59,327 nt of DNA. Source: a virus (Duplodnaviria; Caudoviricetes). The stretch lies in the IMG/VR virus record IMGVR_UViG_3300046051_000014, positions 1 to 59,327 of that record; one strand, given 5' to 3'. Below the pieces are notes generated by a model. It worked only from the letters and a program-made list of their open reading frames with translations. It searched no databases and was not told the DNA's origin. The position numbers and the translations under genes were made by a program. Below are positions 58,037-59,327 of the stretch, in pieces. The first letter of the stretch is position 1; each line of letters begins with the position of its first letter.

Positions 58037-58957
58037 ATGCCGAGCGATGAACACGGTGACTACAAGGAGGACGCGGGCTCCACGGAGCCACAACCCGATA
58101 AGTGCGCTGCCCCGCTAAGGCACTCGCTTTCTCGCTACGGTGAGTGGCGCTATTGCTCTGCGAAACCACGAAGCTACTACGTGGACGAGGACCACCCGAA
58201 GTACAGCCATCGGTGTAAGCACCACCAAATACACGACGAGGACGTGCGAGAGGAGCTTAACATGCAACACGCCAAACGTCTCTACGAGCACGGGGCTTTC
58301 ATTGAGTCCCATCGCGTACTCTTCGAGGTCATGGAACTGTCGGACCTCATGTACGCAGTCGGCATCTACCGCGGACTCCTCGAACAGTCACGGTACTCCT
58401 TCGAGGCAGAGGACGAGGAGGTTGTGGTCGATGTAAACGACGACGAGCTTGAGGCGGACGAGGCTCTTCTCGAAGTCCCGATCCCGACTCGTGACACGTA
58501 CCTGGGGCAGGCGGAGTCGCTGATGCTCGCGTCTTTGGATTACGCACGGATGAAGACCCTGAACGTCGAGTTGTTCAAGACGGGGACCTTCGAGGGCGTC
58601 ACGACCGTGGCGACGGGCACGAACGAGGGAGGGCAGATCGTGGACTCGATTGAGGAGAAACGAGAGCATCACCTCAACCTTCCACTGAGCCGCCTTACCA
58701 AGGACTACAAAAAGCACCTCCAGGCTGGCGGGGTGGACCTCGATGCTGACAACGATTCGGTAAAGGTGGACAACCGCTCGTACACTCTCGACTACGGCCC
58801 TGATGGGGACCACTCTGGCGAGGGCACGTACTTCCCCGAGGAAGAGGAGGCTGAGGGCGAGAGAGACGAGGAACTGCTGCTCGCGGACATTGCCGACGAG
58901 TCGTCTGAGTCGTCGGCTCGTCAAGGCGAAGCCGCCGACATCAAAAACGACGAATGA
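58037..58957 (+). CDS. Probable terminase small subunit
   Basis: C..C..RCKHH and HGAF N-terminus; ATGA overlap with terminase large. Confidence 0.6.
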   Translation: MPSDEHGDYKEDAGSTEPQPDKCAAPLRHSLSRYGEWRYCSAKPRSYYVDEDHPKYSHRCKHHQIHDEDVREELNMQHAKRLYEHGAFIESHRVLFEVMELSDLMYAVGIYRGLLEQSRYSFEAEDEEVVVDVNDDELEADEALLEVPIPTRDTYLGQAESLMLASLDYARMKTLNVELFKTGTFEGVTTVATGTNEGGQIVDSIEEKREHHLNLPLSRLTKDYKKHLQAGGVDLDADNDSVKVDNRSYTLDYGPDGDHSGEGTYFPEEEEAEGERDEELLLADIADESSESSARQGEAADIKNDE

Positions 58958-59327
58958 GCAAGGGAGAGGCGGGTAGTTCCACGGCCGTGGCTAACGAGGT
59001 AAAGAAGCGAATACCTCACGACCCTCGCCTCTACTTGGCAAACCACTGGCAACATCCAGAGGACCCGTCCCGTAACTACGACTTCTACGACGAGACGGGA
59101 GAGAACTACCTCTACTACCTTGCGGATGACGAGGGCCCTCTCAACCCACGTCAGTGGGGCGACATCAATGTGCTCAAGTTCTGCCGCGGTGGCCTGAAGA
59201 CCACGACATGCGTGGGAATAATGAACTGGGGCGTGGACGCTTACCCCAACATCGAGGTGGACGTGACTGCTCCCGTCAAGGACCAGACGGGCGAGGTCAT
59301 GGACCGATTCAAGGGCTACGTCAAGCA
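58954..59327 (+). CDS. Terminase large subunit, N-terminal part (truncated by the window)
   Basis: Translated by hand: INVLKFCRGGLKTTT (Walker A variant), VTAPVKDQT; no stop before the edge. Confidence 0.75.
   Translation, partial: MSKGEAGSSTAVANEVKKRIPHDPRLYLANHWQHPEDPSRNYDFYDETGENYLYYLADDEGPLNPRQWGDINVLKFCRGGLKTTTCVGIMNWGVDAYPNIEVDVTAPVKDQTGEVMDRFKGYVK

Noticed and set aside
1-59327. tRNA genes, reverse transcriptase/DGR, cas genes, transposases
   Set aside because: No cloverleaf, YxDD-type RT, cas or transposase motifs recognised by eye; tRNAscan and HMM searches were not run.

Overview
Nearly the whole genome of a haloarchaeal tailed dsDNA virus of myovirus type (very acidic proteins, GC-rich coding DNA, TATA-like boxes about 30 nt upstream of apparently leaderless starts). 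Order: a minimal tyrosine recombinase; head, neck, contractile tail, baseplate and fibre genes (about 1-22.3 kb); recombination, replication and nucleotide-metabolism genes (PD-(D/E)xK nucleases, Hjc-like resolvase, P-loop ATPase, HD hydrolase, family B DNA polymerase, NDT-like enzyme); many small accessory ORFs; a ~1.5 kb non-coding region; then TFB-like, probable terminase small and the start of terminase large, cut by the window edge. No portal gene is visible. The most unusual signal is non-coding. There are four strongly conserved ~170-220 bp palindrome-rich elements (family A, arranged as two inward-facing pairs), a degenerate ~190 bp often-tandem element (family B, five loci), and a ~54 nt double-hairpin element (family C) that sits in frame and identical inside two unrelated small genes. 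All three stack in front of a free-standing LAGLIDADG endonuclease. Also seen: a lambda-type -1 frameshift site in the tail chaperone gene and three tandem paralogous micropeptides. All protein calls come from motif recognition and synteny by eye; no database search was run.
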